The position numbers were made by a program, and so were the translations under genes. From a virus (lineage: Duplodnaviria; Heunggongvirae; Uroviricota; Caudoviricetes), in the IMG/VR virus record IMGVR_UViG_2667528074_000002, positions 1 through 24,131 of that record: a stretch of 24,131 bases of DNA; one strand, written 5' to 3'. The notes below the pieces were generated by a model that had not been told where the DNA came from, ran no database searches, and saw only the letters and a program-made list of their open reading frames with translations. This document shows positions 1-9,538 of this stretch, one piece after another (within the stretch, counting starts at the first letter, position 1; every line of letters begins with the position of its first letter).

Positions 1-2
1 TG

Positions 3-386
3 CCCTGCCTGTCGTTCGCTTTCTGTTGCGGTTTCGGCACCCTGCTGCGCCTGCGCCACCATTTCCTCAAATCGTTTGACGACATCCGGCTTCAGGTCAC
101 CTTCATCAAGTGCAGTCAGAAAGTCGTTCAGCGTGCCGGGCTTTGAGTCGTGGTAAACCGAAATATCACCGACGCAGTATTCCCTTTCAATACACGACCG
201 AAGATAAACGTCATATTTTCCGGTCTGAGCTTCAAAAGCATATTCTCCTGCCGGACCTGTCACCACTGTAGCCACCGTTCTCATGACCACTGCGGATGTA
301 TTCTGTCGGGCTTTCAGAAGAATATGATGACCGGACATAGGACGGCCAGCGCCATCAGCAAGAATCCCTGAGATGAGTGTGGACAT
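3..386 (-). CDS. Second side-tail-fibre gene, 5' portion only (open to window edge); N-terminus paralogous to Stf
   Basis: ATG at 386..384 preceded by a GGGG/A-rich RBS; frame stays open to position 3. Translation MSTLISGILADGAGRPMSGHHILLKARQNTSAVV...[21 protein letters not shown]...KRFEEMVAQAQQG aligns block by block with the N-terminus of the Stf ORF ([50 protein letters not shown]). Absent from the ORF track because it has no stop inside the window. Confidence 0.6.
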   Translation of the reverse strand, partial: MSTLISGILADGAGRPMSGHHILLKARQNTSAVVMRTVATVVTGPAGEYAFEAQTGKYDVYLRSCIEREYCVGDISVYHDSKPGTLNDFLTALDEGDLKPDVVKRFEEMVAQAQQGAETATESERQAG

Positions 387-396
387 AAATTTTTCC

Positions 397-421
397 CCAA
401 AAAAGCCAGCTTTCGCCGGCA
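397..421 (-). terminator. Intrinsic terminator-like hairpin between tfa and the second fibre gene
   Basis: On the minus strand GCCGGC-GAAA-GCTGGC (6 bp stem with one G.U pair, GNRA loop) followed directly by TTTTTT, beginning 6 nt after the tfa stop. Confidence 0.4.
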
Positions 422-426
422 ATGCT

Positions 427-1008
427 TTAACTGACAGGTTGCTGCGGCCAATCAATTTCCGGTGCTAAAGATGTATCAACCCGGTTCAGCAACACCCGAT
501 ACTTCTTCCAGGCCGCCAGTAACGAGGTTTCTTCCTCCGTTGCAATTTCCAGATCTGCAGCATCCTGAAGCGGTGAAATATGCTCACTGGCTACCTGCAT
601 CAGGCTGTTTTTTGTTTCTTCCGCCTCCCGGATCCGGAACAGTCTTTCTGCTTCTGCATCTTTCACCCAGGCTGTACCGTTCCACTTCTGATACTCTCCA
701 TCCGGGGATAACCAGGTGACATTTTCCGGTAACGGACCGGGTTCAGAAATAAATAATGCATCCCCTGATGCCACGTCATAAACCGTTTTACCCCGATGGT
801 CTTCAACGAGATGCCACGATGCCTCATCACTGTTGAAAACAGCCACGAAGCCAGCCGGAATATCTGGCGGTGCAATATCGGTACTGTTTGCTGGCAGACC
901 TGTATGAGGTGGAATGTATGCATCACCTTCACCAATAAATTCATTGGTTCCGGCCAGCAGATTATAAATTTTTATGGTCCGTGGTAGTTCACTCATTCTG
1001 AATGCCAT
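427..1008 (-). CDS. tfa: Tail fibre assembly protein (lambda Tfa-like chaperone)
   Basis: 193 aa [57 protein letters not shown]..., matching my recollection of lambda Tfa (194 aa). Its start overlaps the stf stop (TAATG), indicating translational coupling. Confidence 0.85.
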   Translation of the reverse strand: MAFRMSELPRTIKIYNLLAGTNEFIGEGDAYIPPHTGLPANSTDIAPPDIPAGFVAVFNSDEASWHLVEDHRGKTVYDVASGDALFISEPGPLPENVTWLSPDGEYQKWNGTAWVKDAEAERLFRIREAEETKNSLMQVASEHISPLQDAADLEIATEEETSLLAAWKKYRVLLNRVDTSLAPEIDWPQQPVS

Positions 1009-3332
1009 TATGCAAGCCTCACAATATAGTTAAATGCGATGTTTTTAACGGTGTTTTCCGCGTTACCCGCAACGTCAACAGTAATGGTATGTCCGTGTGA
1101 ACCAATACTGAAAGAATGGGCATGAGCACCGATAACAACCGGATGCTGGTGCGCACCAATACCAACTGTATGCGCATGTGCACCGGCACTCACGGCTGTA
1201 CCGGACAATGAGTGACTGTGGTTGCCCTGACTGTCCGTTTTCGATAAATAAGCAATACCCTGTGTGTTGGTTCCTTTAACTGTGGATAAACTTCCTGTAA
1301 TGGTTGCTGTTCCATACTGACTCCAGCCAGAACTGTTCATCCTTAAACCACTTGTGTGGGCATGAGCACCCGCGGCCCCTGTTGAACCGCTCAGACTGTG
1401 AGCATGAGCCCCCGTGTTATTCGTCGATTTGGTGCCGTAATCGAAACTGCCTGTTGTTTTCGTCCCGTAATCAAACGACGATGTGGTTTTCGTCCCCAAA
1501 TCCGTACCGGATGCACTGGCACTGTGGGTGTGCGACTTAATTCCATCCTGTTCCTGAGACAATACAGCACGACCGCTGGCGGGTTTCCCCTTGATTGTCC
1601 AGCCTCGCATATCAGGAAGCACACCCGATGGATACGCGACAGCAAGTTTTGGGTAGGCTGATTTGTCAAACGCCTGCCCCTGCATCAGGACGTAGCCAGA
1701 CGGAACGATATCTGATGGCCACGGGATCGGCGCACCTGCCGGAAAGGCCGAATTCTCTCCGGCCCCAAGGTATTCAAGAACATCTGCAACGGAATTTTTT
1801 GCCAGAATATCCCTGCCAACCTGAGTCAGTTCAGTCAGGCTGGCGACATCATTTTCCGTAAAATACGGTAATTTATTTTTCGCCGTGGAAAGCCCTGCCA
1901 GCGCCGTCAGTGTCGCATTCTTCGGTTGCTTACCCGCAAGCGCGTTAGTCATGGTGGTAGCAAAATCTGGATCATTCCCGAGCGCTGCGGCCAGTTCATT
2001 CAGCGTATTCAGTGCGTCAGGTGACGCGTCGATAACATCTGCAATCGCGGCCAGTACAAAAGCGGTGTTCGCAATCTGGGTATTGTTTGTTCCCCTGAGC
2101 GCGGTTGGTGCTGTTGGCGTTCCGGTCAGTGCCGGACTGTCCAGTGGGGCTTTTCTGTTCGTTTCATCCATTACCACCTTAACCGCCTTTGGCGTTGCAG
2201 CAAGCGTTTCAGACGTGCTGTTGGTTGCACTGCTGAGCTGCACTATCCCCTTTCTCGTTGTGTCCGCATCCTCAAGCGCGACAGCTGAAGCTATATCTTC
2301 TGCACGTTTTGCCGAATTTTCTGCACGTATTGCCGCCGCTTCTGCCGCACTTTTGTTCTGCGATGCTGATACCGCACTTCCCGCAGCCTCTGTCGCCTTC
2401 GTGGATGCCGTTGACGCACTCCCCGCCGCCGCTGTTTTTGCCTCTGCCGCGGCAGAGGCGCTCCGTTCCGCTGCTGTTTCAGATGACCTGGCATTCGTCT
2501 CGGACGTTTTTGCCGCCTTAGCAGAATTTTCTGCCGCCGTTGCCGAGGAAGCTGCACGGCCGGCACTTGATGATGCGTTCGTTTCTGATGATTTTGCTGC
2601 CTCTTTTGAGGCCACCGCATCTCGTGCTGAAGTGGCGGCCTCTGACGCTTTCGTGGTCGCGGTGGAGGCAGACGTGGCGGCTGATTGTTGTGACGCTGCC
2701 GCATTCGTTTCTGACATTTTCGCCGCACCGGCACTGGTGGCCGCCGCGCGTTTTGAGGACTCTGCGGCTGCGGCACTTTTTGATGCCTCAGTGGCCTTTG
2801 CTGATGCCGTTTCTGCGCCGGAAGACGCATCCTGAGCCGACGTCGCAGCCTGTCCGGCGGACGTGCTGGCGGCGCGTGCTGAGTCAGTTGCATCAGTCAC
2901 AAGGGCCGCGACCTGAGCAGCTGATGCACTGGCATCGCCGGCTGATTTCTTCGCGTCTGCCGTACTCTGTGCCACCACGGACGCGTTACGCGCCACCTCT
3001 TCCACCATCAGTTCAAGACGGCGCAGTGCCTCCGGACGGGCATCATCCTCCGTCATGGCACCGAGAAAATCATTCAGCGTACCGGGTTGTGAATCTTCAT
3101 AAACGGTGATGGTCCCGGCGTGCGATGGCGGAAAACCGTCAACCTGCAGGATGACACTGTACTGACCGTACTCCACATCCATGCTGTAACGCCCGGCTTC
3201 ATCCGGATTCTCTGAGCCCACCGTGTTCACCACCACCGTGGTGCTGTTACGTCTGGCTTTCAGCTGAATGGTGCAGTTCTGTACCGGTTTTCCTGTGCCG
3301 TCTTTCAGGACTCCTGAAATCTTTACTGCCAT
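1008..3332 (-). CDS. stf: Side tail fibre protein, full length (unsplit Stf)
   Basis: 776-codon ORF in the track; ATG at 3332 gives [28 protein letters not shown]... (the track's first M at 3338 is a GTG). N-terminal attachment region, long Ala/Ser/Thr-rich shaft and C-terminal His-rich repeats (GAHAHS, GAHAHT, GAHQHP, GSHGHT) match what I recall of lambda Stf. Confidence 0.85.
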   Translation of the reverse strand: MAVKISGVLKDGTGKPVQNCTIQLKARRNSTTVVVNTVGSENPDEAGRYSMDVEYGQYSVILQVDGFPPSHAGTITVYEDSQPGTLNDFLGAMTEDDARPEALRRLELMVEEVARNASVVAQSTADAKKSAGDASASAAQVAALVTDATDSARAASTSAGQAATSAQDASSGAETASAKATEASKSAAAAESSKRAAATSAGAAKMSETNAAASQQSAATSASTATTKASEAATSARDAVASKEAAKSSETNASSSAGRAASSATAAENSAKAAKTSETNARSSETAAERSASAAAEAKTAAAGSASTASTKATEAAGSAVSASQNKSAAEAAAIRAENSAKRAEDIASAVALEDADTTRKGIVQLSSATNSTSETLAATPKAVKVVMDETNRKAPLDSPALTGTPTAPTALRGTNNTQIANTAFVLAAIADVIDASPDALNTLNELAAALGNDPDFATTMTNALAGKQPKNATLTALAGLSTAKNKLPYFTENDVASLTELTQVGRDILAKNSVADVLEYLGAGENSAFPAGAPIPWPSDIVPSGYVLMQGQAFDKSAYPKLAVAYPSGVLPDMRGWTIKGKPASGRAVLSQEQDGIKSHTHSASASGTDLGTKTTSSFDYGTKTTGSFDYGTKSTNNTGAHAHSLSGSTGAAGAHAHTSGLRMNSSGWSQYGTATITGSLSTVKGTNTQGIAYLSKTDSQGNHSHSLSGTAVSAGAHAHTVGIGAHQHPVVIGAHAHSFSIGSHGHTITVDVAGNAENTVKNIAFNYIVRLA
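2246..2975 (-). repeat. Low-complexity Ala/Ser/Thr-rich repetitive coding region inside stf
   Basis: Protein stretch built of reiterated short motifs ([36 protein letters not shown]...[51 protein letters not shown]). At DNA level this is GC-rich and quasi-periodic, and it generates long spurious ORFs in other frames on both strands. Confidence 0.5.
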
Positions 3333-3340
3333 ATTCACCC

Positions 3341-3372
3341 CACAAAAAAGCCCACCGGTTCCGGCGGGCTGT
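3341..3372 (-). terminator. Intrinsic terminator downstream of lom
   Basis: Minus strand AGCCCGCC-GGAACC-GGTGGGCT (8 bp GC-rich stem) followed by TTTTTTGTG; sits between the lom stop (3397) and the stf start. Confidence 0.55.
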
Positions 3373-3396
3373 CATAACACTGTGTTACCTGGCTAA

Positions 3397-4017
3397 TCAG
3401 AATTTATAACCGACCCCAACGATGAATCCGTCAGTACGCCAGTCGCCACTGCCGGAGCCTTCATAAGCAATATCAACAACGACGGACGCTGCCGGATTAA
3501 TCTGTATACCAGCACTCCACGCCACTGAGGTATGCCGCATTGCACTTTCGTCCCTGGCGGTGGTCGTCTCTTTCATATACCCGGGAGTGATTTCCGTCTT
3601 GCGGTAATCCCTTGTACTGCCGGACCACCGACTGTGAGCCACTCCGGCCATGGCGTACGCACTGACCTGCTTACTGATTTGTAAAACCGGTCCGGCCATC
3701 ACGCTCACATAACGTCCACGCAGGCTCTCATAGTGAAACGTATCCTCCCCGGTCATCACTGTGCTGCTCTTTTTCGACGCGGCGAACCCCAGGGAAGCCA
3801 TCACCCCCACACTGTCCGTCAGTTCATAACGGTACTTCACGTTAATCCCTTTCAGATGACTCACACCGGTATCCCCGCCCGACAACGACGGCAATGTACC
3901 CGGTTTCACCTGAAAATAGCCCACCGTAAACGTACCCTGTCCACCTTCCGCACGGGCCGGAGTGACTGTCACCGCAAGTGCGGCAAAGACAGCAACGGCA
4001 ATACACACATTACGCAT
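3397..4017 (-). CDS. lom: Outer membrane beta-barrel protein Lom (Ail/Lom/PagC family), lysogenic-conversion moron
   Basis: 206 aa with N-terminal signal peptide MRNVCIAVAVFAALAVTVTPARA and C-terminal ...GVGYKF ending in an aromatic residue, typical of OM beta-barrels; matches my recollection of lambda Lom. RBS GAGAGGTGAA upstream of the ATG. Confidence 0.85.
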   Translation of the reverse strand: MRNVCIAVAVFAALAVTVTPARAEGGQGTFTVGYFQVKPGTLPSLSGGDTGVSHLKGINVKYRYELTDSVGVMASLGFAASKKSSTVMTGEDTFHYESLRGRYVSVMAGPVLQISKQVSAYAMAGVAHSRWSGSTRDYRKTEITPGYMKETTTARDESAMRHTSVAWSAGIQINPAASVVVDIAYEGSGSGDWRTDGFIVGVGYKF

Positions 4018-4032
4018 CGTTCACCTCTCACC

Positions 4033-4062
4033 GTTTTATAATAAAACGCCCGTTCCCGGACG
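4033..4062 (-). terminator. Intrinsic terminator-like hairpin between J and lom
   Basis: Minus strand CGTCCG-GGAA-CGGGCG (6 bp stem with one U.G pair, tetraloop) followed by TTTTATTATAAAA, 17 nt after the J stop and just upstream of the lom RBS. Confidence 0.45.
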
Positions 4063-4078
4063 AACCTCTGTAACACAC

Positions 4079-7000
4079 TCAGACCACGCTGATGCCCAGC
4101 GTCTGTTTCTTAATCACCATAACCTGCACATCGCTGGCAAACGTATCCGGCGGAATATCTGCCGAATGCCGTGTGGACGTGAGCGTGAACGTCAGGATCA
4201 CGTTTCCCCGACCCGCTGGCATGTCAACAATACGGGAGAACACCTGTACCGCCTCGTTCGCCGCGCCATCATAAATCACCGCACCGTTCATCAGTACTTT
4301 CAGATAACACATCGAATACGTTGTCCTGCCGCTGACAGTACGCTTACTTCCGCGAAACGTCAGCGGAAGCACCACTATCTGGCGATCAAAAGGATGGTCA
4401 TCGGTCACGGTGACAGTACGGGTACCTGACGGCCAGTCCACACTGCTTTCACGCTGGCGCGGAAAAGCCGCGCTCGCCGCCTTTACAATGTCCCCGACGA
4501 TTTTTTCCGCCCTCAGCGTACCGTTTATCGTACAGTTTTCAGCTATCGTCACATTACTGAGCGTCCCGGCGTTCGCATTCACGTTACCACTGATATCGGC
4601 ATTTTTCGCCGTCAGCCGACCATCAGGTGTCAGGGAAAATGCCGGAGGATTACCGCCGCTGGTAATGGTGGGGGCCGTCAGGCGTTTCAGGAACACGTCA
4701 TTCATGAATATCTGATTGCCCTGCGCCACAAACATCGGCGTTTCATTCCCGTTTGCCGGGTCAATAAACGCGATACGGTTAGCGGCAACCAGAAACTGGC
4801 TCAGTTTGCCTTCCTCCGTGTCCTCCATGCTGAGGCCAATACCCGCGACATAATGTTTGCCGTCTTTGGTCTGCTCAATTTTGACGCCCCACATGGCATT
4901 CCACTTATCGTTGGCGTCCTTCCACTCTTTCGAAAACTGCTCCAGTTTGCTGGCGTTATCCTCCGTCAGGTCGACTTTTTCCAGCAGCTCTTTACCGAGA
5001 TGGGATTCGGTTATCAGGCCTTTGAAAAAATCCAGGTAACCTTCGGCATCATCGCTCGCCCGACCGACGGCCTCCACGAATGTCGATTTGCCGACTGTGT
5101 TCACACTGCGAACGTAAAAATAATAATCATGGCCCGGCTTAATATTGATACTGGCGGCTATCCAGTACAGCGCCGTGCCAAGATAGCGGGCTGTGGTTTC
5201 AACCTGCCTGATATCCGCAATCCGCGTTTCCGAAAACCAGAACTCAAACTGCACTGTCGGGTCATATACAGCCAGTTTCGGAACCGCCGTTATCTGAAAA
5301 TAGCCTGGCGTCAGCTCAATCTGTGACGGCGCAGCCGGTGCGGCAATCCGGAAAGAGACCGACGCCGCATCGCCCTGTTGCCCCCACGCATTTACCGCCC
5401 GGACCGTCAGCGTGTAATGCCCCAGCGCCAGTTGCCTGAAGCGGTATGTGGTTTCCGTCGTCCGGGCTGTGCTGACCAGCCGTTCACTGCCGTCATCCGC
5501 TGCCACGGTCAGGCGAAGCAGGAAGCTCACGCCCTTCACCACCTTCGGCGTGTCCCAGCGGGCCAGCACCTGATATTCCCCGCTGTCTGCGGTGACTTCG
5601 GCAGTCAGGTGCTGCACCGCTGGCGGCGTGACCCCCTTCACCGTACCGCTCTGGTCGCCGTCAAAGTGCGCCCCGTTATCCACGATGGCCTCTTTTTCCG
5701 GTACATGCTGCACGGCGGTGATGGCATACGTGCCGTCATCGTTCTCACGGATACTCACGCAGCGGAACAGGCGCTGGCGCAGCGTCGGCAGCTTCAGCCC
5801 CCATACGCTGTATCCGGCAACGCCGTCAGGAATCCGGCTCACTTTCACCTTCACGCCGTCGGTGACGGACCTGACCTCCACGCTGACCGGATTACCCTTT
5901 CCGTCAACCAGGCTTATCAGTGTGGTGCCGGAGGATGGCAGCATGATTTCACGGTCAAGCGTCAGCGTCCGGGTCTCGCTGTTCACCGCCAGCACGCGAC
6001 CACCGGTACTGATACCGGCATAGTCATCATCGCAGACTTCAATGACGTCACCCGGTACATGGCGAAGCCCTTCTGCACCCACGCTGAAGTCCACCGTCTG
6101 CGTTTCCAGCAGTTCCGTTTTAATCAGCCACAGACCGGCGCGGTGTGCCTGCCCCCGGCTGGTACAGCCAAAGGCCTCCATCTTCGTGACGTTACGACCG
6201 TAACGGGCAATAGCCTGCGTATCTTCAACCAGCTCCGTCGCCGTCTCCCAGCCGTTATCCGGGTCAATCCAGTTCACCTCCACGGCATTATGGCGGTCTT
6301 TCAGGGCGCTGAAGCTGTAACGGAACGGCGCGCCATCATCCGGCATCACCACATTGCCGCGGTTATAGGTCCACACCTTATCCGACGGTCTGTCCTGCAC
6401 GAACGTCAGCGTCTGTCCGTTCCATACCGGCATACAGCGCATCGCCGAACAGAAATCACTGAGAACGTCCCACGCCTTACGCTGTGATGCCAGATAAGCA
6501 TTACAGGTGATACGCGGCTCCGTGCCACCATAGCCATCCGGTACTGACTGGTCACAGTACTGACCGATAACATACAGGGTCCATTTATCCACCTCCGCTG
6601 CCCCGAGACGTTGTCCCATGCCATAACGCGGATGGGTGAGCATGTCCCACAGGCACCAGGCCATGTTGTTACTGTATGCCGGTTTAAGTGTCCCGTCCCA
6701 GATACCGCTGTACTGCCGCGTCTGTGGATCATAGTTCGACGGTACCTGCAGAATGCGTCCACGAAGATGGTAATTACGGCCCACCTGCTGGCTGCCAAAC
6801 TGCTCTGAATCCACCTGTACGCCGACCAGTGCCGTGTTCGGGTATCCCTGTTTCACATCGATGATTTCGGTGTATGACGACCAGAGCGTTTTATTCTGCA
6901 GCTGGTCTGTGGTGCTGTCAGGCGTCATCCTGCGCATCCGGATACTGAACGGGCGCGGCGGCAGGTTATCCACCACCACCGAGGCCAGATACTGCGAGGT

Positions 7001-7477
7001 GGTTTTACCCTTAATGGTGATGTCTTTTTCTGTCACCCAGGCGCCGTTACGCTGGATCTGGGCCAGTAATCTCACTTCTGACGGATTGCGGTCCCCCTGA
7101 GACGTGGTTTCCACCAGAGCCTGCACACCAAACGTAAAACGCAGGCGGTCGATATTTTCTGATGTGATGGTCCGGGTGATCGGCGTGTCGTATTTCACTT
7201 CCGTACCCAGCACCGTCTCGGAGCCGGAGGATTCAAAACCCTCCGGCGGAGTCTGCTCCTGCTCACCGGCACGGAACACCACCGTGACCCCGGAGAAATT
7301 GGCCTTACCTTCACTGTCCAGCACCGGCGTACTGTTCAGCAGCACGCTTTTCATTCCGTCCACCGGTCCTTCAATCGGCCCTTCACTGATCGCATCAATC
7401 ACGCTCAGTAACTGCGTGGATTTCAGGTTATCTTTCGCTTCGCGAGGAGTGTGCCCCTTGCTGCCACCTTTACCCAT
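4079..7477 (-). CDS. J: Tail tip / host specificity protein J (central tail fibre)
   Basis: 1132 aa [44 protein letters not shown]... ending ...[21 protein letters not shown]; same length as lambda gpJ and collinear with it as I recall it. Confidence 0.9.
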   Translation of the reverse strand: MGKGGSKGHTPREAKDNLKSTQLLSVIDAISEGPIEGPVDGMKSVLLNSTPVLDSEGKANFSGVTVVFRAGEQEQTPPEGFESSGSETVLGTEVKYDTPITRTITSENIDRLRFTFGVQALVETTSQGDRNPSEVRLLAQIQRNGAWVTEKDITIKGKTTSQYLASVVVDNLPPRPFSIRMRRMTPDSTTDQLQNKTLWSSYTEIIDVKQGYPNTALVGVQVDSEQFGSQQVGRNYHLRGRILQVPSNYDPQTRQYSGIWDGTLKPAYSNNMAWCLWDMLTHPRYGMGQRLGAAEVDKWTLYVIGQYCDQSVPDGYGGTEPRITCNAYLASQRKAWDVLSDFCSAMRCMPVWNGQTLTFVQDRPSDKVWTYNRGNVVMPDDGAPFRYSFSALKDRHNAVEVNWIDPDNGWETATELVEDTQAIARYGRNVTKMEAFGCTSRGQAHRAGLWLIKTELLETQTVDFSVGAEGLRHVPGDVIEVCDDDYAGISTGGRVLAVNSETRTLTLDREIMLPSSGTTLISLVDGKGNPVSVEVRSVTDGVKVKVSRIPDGVAGYSVWGLKLPTLRQRLFRCVSIRENDDGTYAITAVQHVPEKEAIVDNGAHFDGDQSGTVKGVTPPAVQHLTAEVTADSGEYQVLARWDTPKVVKGVSFLLRLTVAADDGSERLVSTARTTETTYRFRQLALGHYTLTVRAVNAWGQQGDAASVSFRIAAPAAPSQIELTPGYFQITAVPKLAVYDPTVQFEFWFSETRIADIRQVETTARYLGTALYWIAASINIKPGHDYYFYVRSVNTVGKSTFVEAVGRASDDAEGYLDFFKGLITESHLGKELLEKVDLTEDNASKLEQFSKEWKDANDKWNAMWGVKIEQTKDGKHYVAGIGLSMEDTEEGKLSQFLVAANRIAFIDPANGNETPMFVAQGNQIFMNDVFLKRLTAPTITSGGNPPAFSLTPDGRLTAKNADISGNVNANAGTLSNVTIAENCTINGTLRAEKIVGDIVKAASAAFPRQRESSVDWPSGTRTVTVTDDHPFDRQIVVLPLTFRGSKRTVSGRTTYSMCYLKVLMNGAVIYDGAANEAVQVFSRIVDMPAGRGNVILTFTLTSTRHSADIPPDTFASDVQVMVIKKQTLGISVV

Positions 7478-7485
7478 TTATCTGG

Positions 7486-7520
7486 CTCCATTAACAACAA
7501 AACCGCCCGCAGGCGGTTTC
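7486..7520 (-). terminator. Stable stem-loop with U-rich tail in the I-J intergenic region (possible attenuator or mRNA structure)
   Basis: Minus strand AAACCGCC-TGCG-GGCGGTTT (8 bp stem) followed by TGTTGTTAATGG, lying in the 60-nt gap between the I stop and the J start codon. Confidence 0.35.
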
Positions 7521-7537
7521 ACATAAAACGTTTTACA

Positions 7538-8185
7538 TCAGCGACCAATCACCACAACCTGACCACCATCACCCTCATCAGCAGTACTGATACTCTGTGA
7601 AATCACACGCGACCCCACTCGCATCTCACCATACAGTACCGGTAACGGATTCCCCTGGGCGATCATATTATCCAGCGAGGAAAAAAAGGTGTTCTGTTTG
7701 CCGTTATCCGCGGACTCCATGGACGGCGTTTTGATGGCCGGTGTCAGCATCTGCGCTATCCCGCCGAGGATCATACTGGCCCCGGCGGCATACATCCCCG
7801 TAAGTGCTGCCGCACCCAGCCAGCCCGCGGGATTCCACCAGGCTACCGCAACAACCACAGCCCCCAGGATGGTCTGAAAAATTCCGCCATGCTTTGCACC
7901 GGCAAGCCGGGGAACAATGTGGATCACCGTACCGTCCGGTAACGGCTCATGGAGCTGTGCCGTTACTCCGGACTCGCTGACATCCCGCCCGGCGATACGT
8001 ACCTGATACCAGCCGTCACTCAGTTTCTGACGAAACGACGGAAGTTGTGTGGCCAGCGCCCGGATGGCTTCAGCCCCCGTTTTCACACGAAGGTCGATGC
8101 GGCGGCCAAATCGTTGTAAATCCCCGTAAAGGCAGATGCGTGCCATGCCCGGTGACGCCAGAGGGAGTGTGTGCGTCGCTGCCAT
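7538..8185 (-). CDS. I: Tail tip assembly protein I
   Basis: 215 aa MAATHTLPLASPGMARICLYGDLQRFGRRIDLRVKTGAEAIRALATQLP...EGDGGQVVVIGR; matches my recollection of lambda gpI. Its start overlaps the 3' end of K, as in lambda. Confidence 0.85.
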   Translation of the reverse strand: MAATHTLPLASPGMARICLYGDLQRFGRRIDLRVKTGAEAIRALATQLPSFRQKLSDGWYQVRIAGRDVSESGVTAQLHEPLPDGTVIHIVPRLAGAKHGGIFQTILGAVVVAVAWWNPAGWLGAAALTGMYAAGASMILGGIAQMLTPAIKTPSMESADNGKQNTFFSSLDNMIAQGNPLPVLYGEMRVGSRVISQSISTADEGDGGQVVVIGR

Positions 8186-8826
8186 TTGTCGGTATACCTC
8201 TCTCGTTTGCTCAGTTGTTCAGGAATATGGTGCAGCAGCTCGCCGTCGCCGCAGTAAATAGCGGCATGATTCGGCACCGATGAACCAAAGCAGCACAGCA
8301 GCACATCGCCCGGCTGCGCCGCTGACAGGGTGACCGGGTAAAAGCCGGTATCCGCCATGTTGTCCAGGTAAAGATTCTGACCGTTACGCCACCAGTCATC
8401 CTCACGATGAAAATCCGGTATCTCAATTCCTGCCAGATGATAAGCGTCCCGGAACAGCGTGTAACAGTCCGTCACCCCGTGCTCAAAGCGCCTTCCGGTC
8501 AGATGTGGCACGCAGCGGAATTTATGGAGAGCCCCCCGACAGACCAGCCACCACGGCAAATCACTCTGTACCTGCAGCTGACGGTCGGCTTCACTCAGCC
8601 AGGGCAGACCACCGGGATGGCTGTGGACCAGCGCCACCACCTCACCCTGTATTTGTGCCCGCAGCCAGTCTTCCGGTACCATCCGGAAACACGCCTCCGG
8701 AGTACCGGAGATATTCACGCAGGGAAAATATCTTTCCCCCTCCGGCGTTCTCACCACGAAGCCGCACGACTCCGCTGGCGCACATCGCCGGGCGTGCGCC
8801 AGAATCGCTGATTCAGTCTCTGTCAT
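8083..8826 (-). CDS. K: Tail tip assembly protein K (JAMM/MPN plus NlpC/P60 two-domain protein)
   Basis: Chosen start ATG at 8826 (MTETESAILAHARRCAPAESCGF...) overlaps the L stop. JAMM-like motif HSHPGGLPWLSEADR preceded by a conserved Glu; NlpC/P60-like Cys (GVTDCYTLF) and His (VPNHAAIY). The 8901 start in the track is probably an artefactual extension. An internal Met at 8682 would give 199 aa, the annotated lambda K length as I recall it. Confidence 0.8.
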   Translation of the reverse strand: MTETESAILAHARRCAPAESCGFVVRTPEGERYFPCVNISGTPEACFRMVPEDWLRAQIQGEVVALVHSHPGGLPWLSEADRQLQVQSDLPWWLVCRGALHKFRCVPHLTGRRFEHGVTDCYTLFRDAYHLAGIEIPDFHREDDWWRNGQNLYLDNMADTGFYPVTLSAAQPGDVLLCCFGSSVPNHAAIYCGDGELLHHIPEQLSKRERYTDKWQRRTHSLWRHRAWHASAFTGIYNDLAAASTFV

Positions 8827-8833
8827 GGATTTA

Positions 8834-9529
8834 CTACGAAAGTTTATTGATGGAAAGGAAACCGCCAAAGTTACCGACGTTATGACGTGACTTACAGCCA
8901 CTCAGGCATTTACTGCATTTATCCTTCGTGATATCAGACGTCGGCTGGTCATATTCATCCGCGACAGCCGGACCGTGATAACCGCACTCATCACCGCGAT
9001 AGGTCCAGGTACAGGTGTTGGCCAGCATGGTACGTCCCGGGAAAACCGCACCGTCTGTCTCCGCTGGCGAGGCCAGAACAAACGTTGCCGTCACCGCCGT
9101 CAGATCGCTGCACTGTTCAATACGCCAGTAACTGATCACCTCCTGTTCCGGATCGGCTTCACTGTTTCCGTTGGTAAAATTCACCGCATCCAGAAAACGG
9201 GCGTAAACCTTACGCCGGATCACCGTTCCGCCAGCCAGACTCTGTAAATCCTCCACCATCCCGGTAACCATCCCGTACAGATTGGACACCGTCAGGGTGG
9301 GGCGGGCGCTGCCTCCCTTGCCTTTCATTTCAAACCCTGCTCCCTGAACAGGATACACCTCATATTTCCGGCCCTGCCAGGTGACGGCCTCCCCCTTCTC
9401 GTTAGGCTCATTACTGAAAAAATAACGCTCCCCGCCAATCTCTGTCAGATCAATTTCCCAGAGTACCAGACTGGCAGACTGCTCCGTACGGGTACATTCA
9501 TTCAGTGTTTCCTGCCGGATATCCTGCAT
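8834..9529 (-). CDS. L: Minor tail protein L
   Basis: 231 aa; C-terminal cysteine cluster (CTWTYRGDECGYHG...CSKCLSGC) consistent with the Fe-S-binding C-terminus of gpL; size and position match lambda L. Confidence 0.85.
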   Translation of the reverse strand: MQDIRQETLNECTRTEQSASLVLWEIDLTEIGGERYFFSNEPNEKGEAVTWQGRKYEVYPVQGAGFEMKGKGGSARPTLTVSNLYGMVTGMVEDLQSLAGGTVIRRKVYARFLDAVNFTNGNSEADPEQEVISYWRIEQCSDLTAVTATFVLASPAETDGAVFPGRTMLANTCTWTYRGDECGYHGPAVADEYDQPTSDITKDKCSKCLSGCKSRHNVGNFGGFLSINKLS

Positions 9530-9538
9530 CCGTCCTCC

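Noticed and set aside
150-371. 73 aa plus-strand ORF at the window start
   Set aside because: Antisense to the second tail-fibre gene, whose minus-strand frame shows clear Stf homology; no RBS; Cys/His-rich composition typical of an out-of-frame artefact.
1885-2835. 316 aa Ala-rich plus-strand ORF
   Set aside because: Antisense to the Ala/Ser-rich shaft region of stf; low-complexity composition mirrors the sense strand; no independent start signals.
2291-2893. 200 aa Arg/Gln/Pro-rich minus-strand ORF
   Set aside because: Alternative frame inside stf generated by the repetitive GC-rich shaft; the stf frame is the one with recognisable homology.
5378-6487. 369 aa plus-strand ORF
   Set aside because: Antisense to J, whose frame matches lambda gpJ along its whole length; Arg/His/Pro-rich composition typical of antisense GC-rich sequence.
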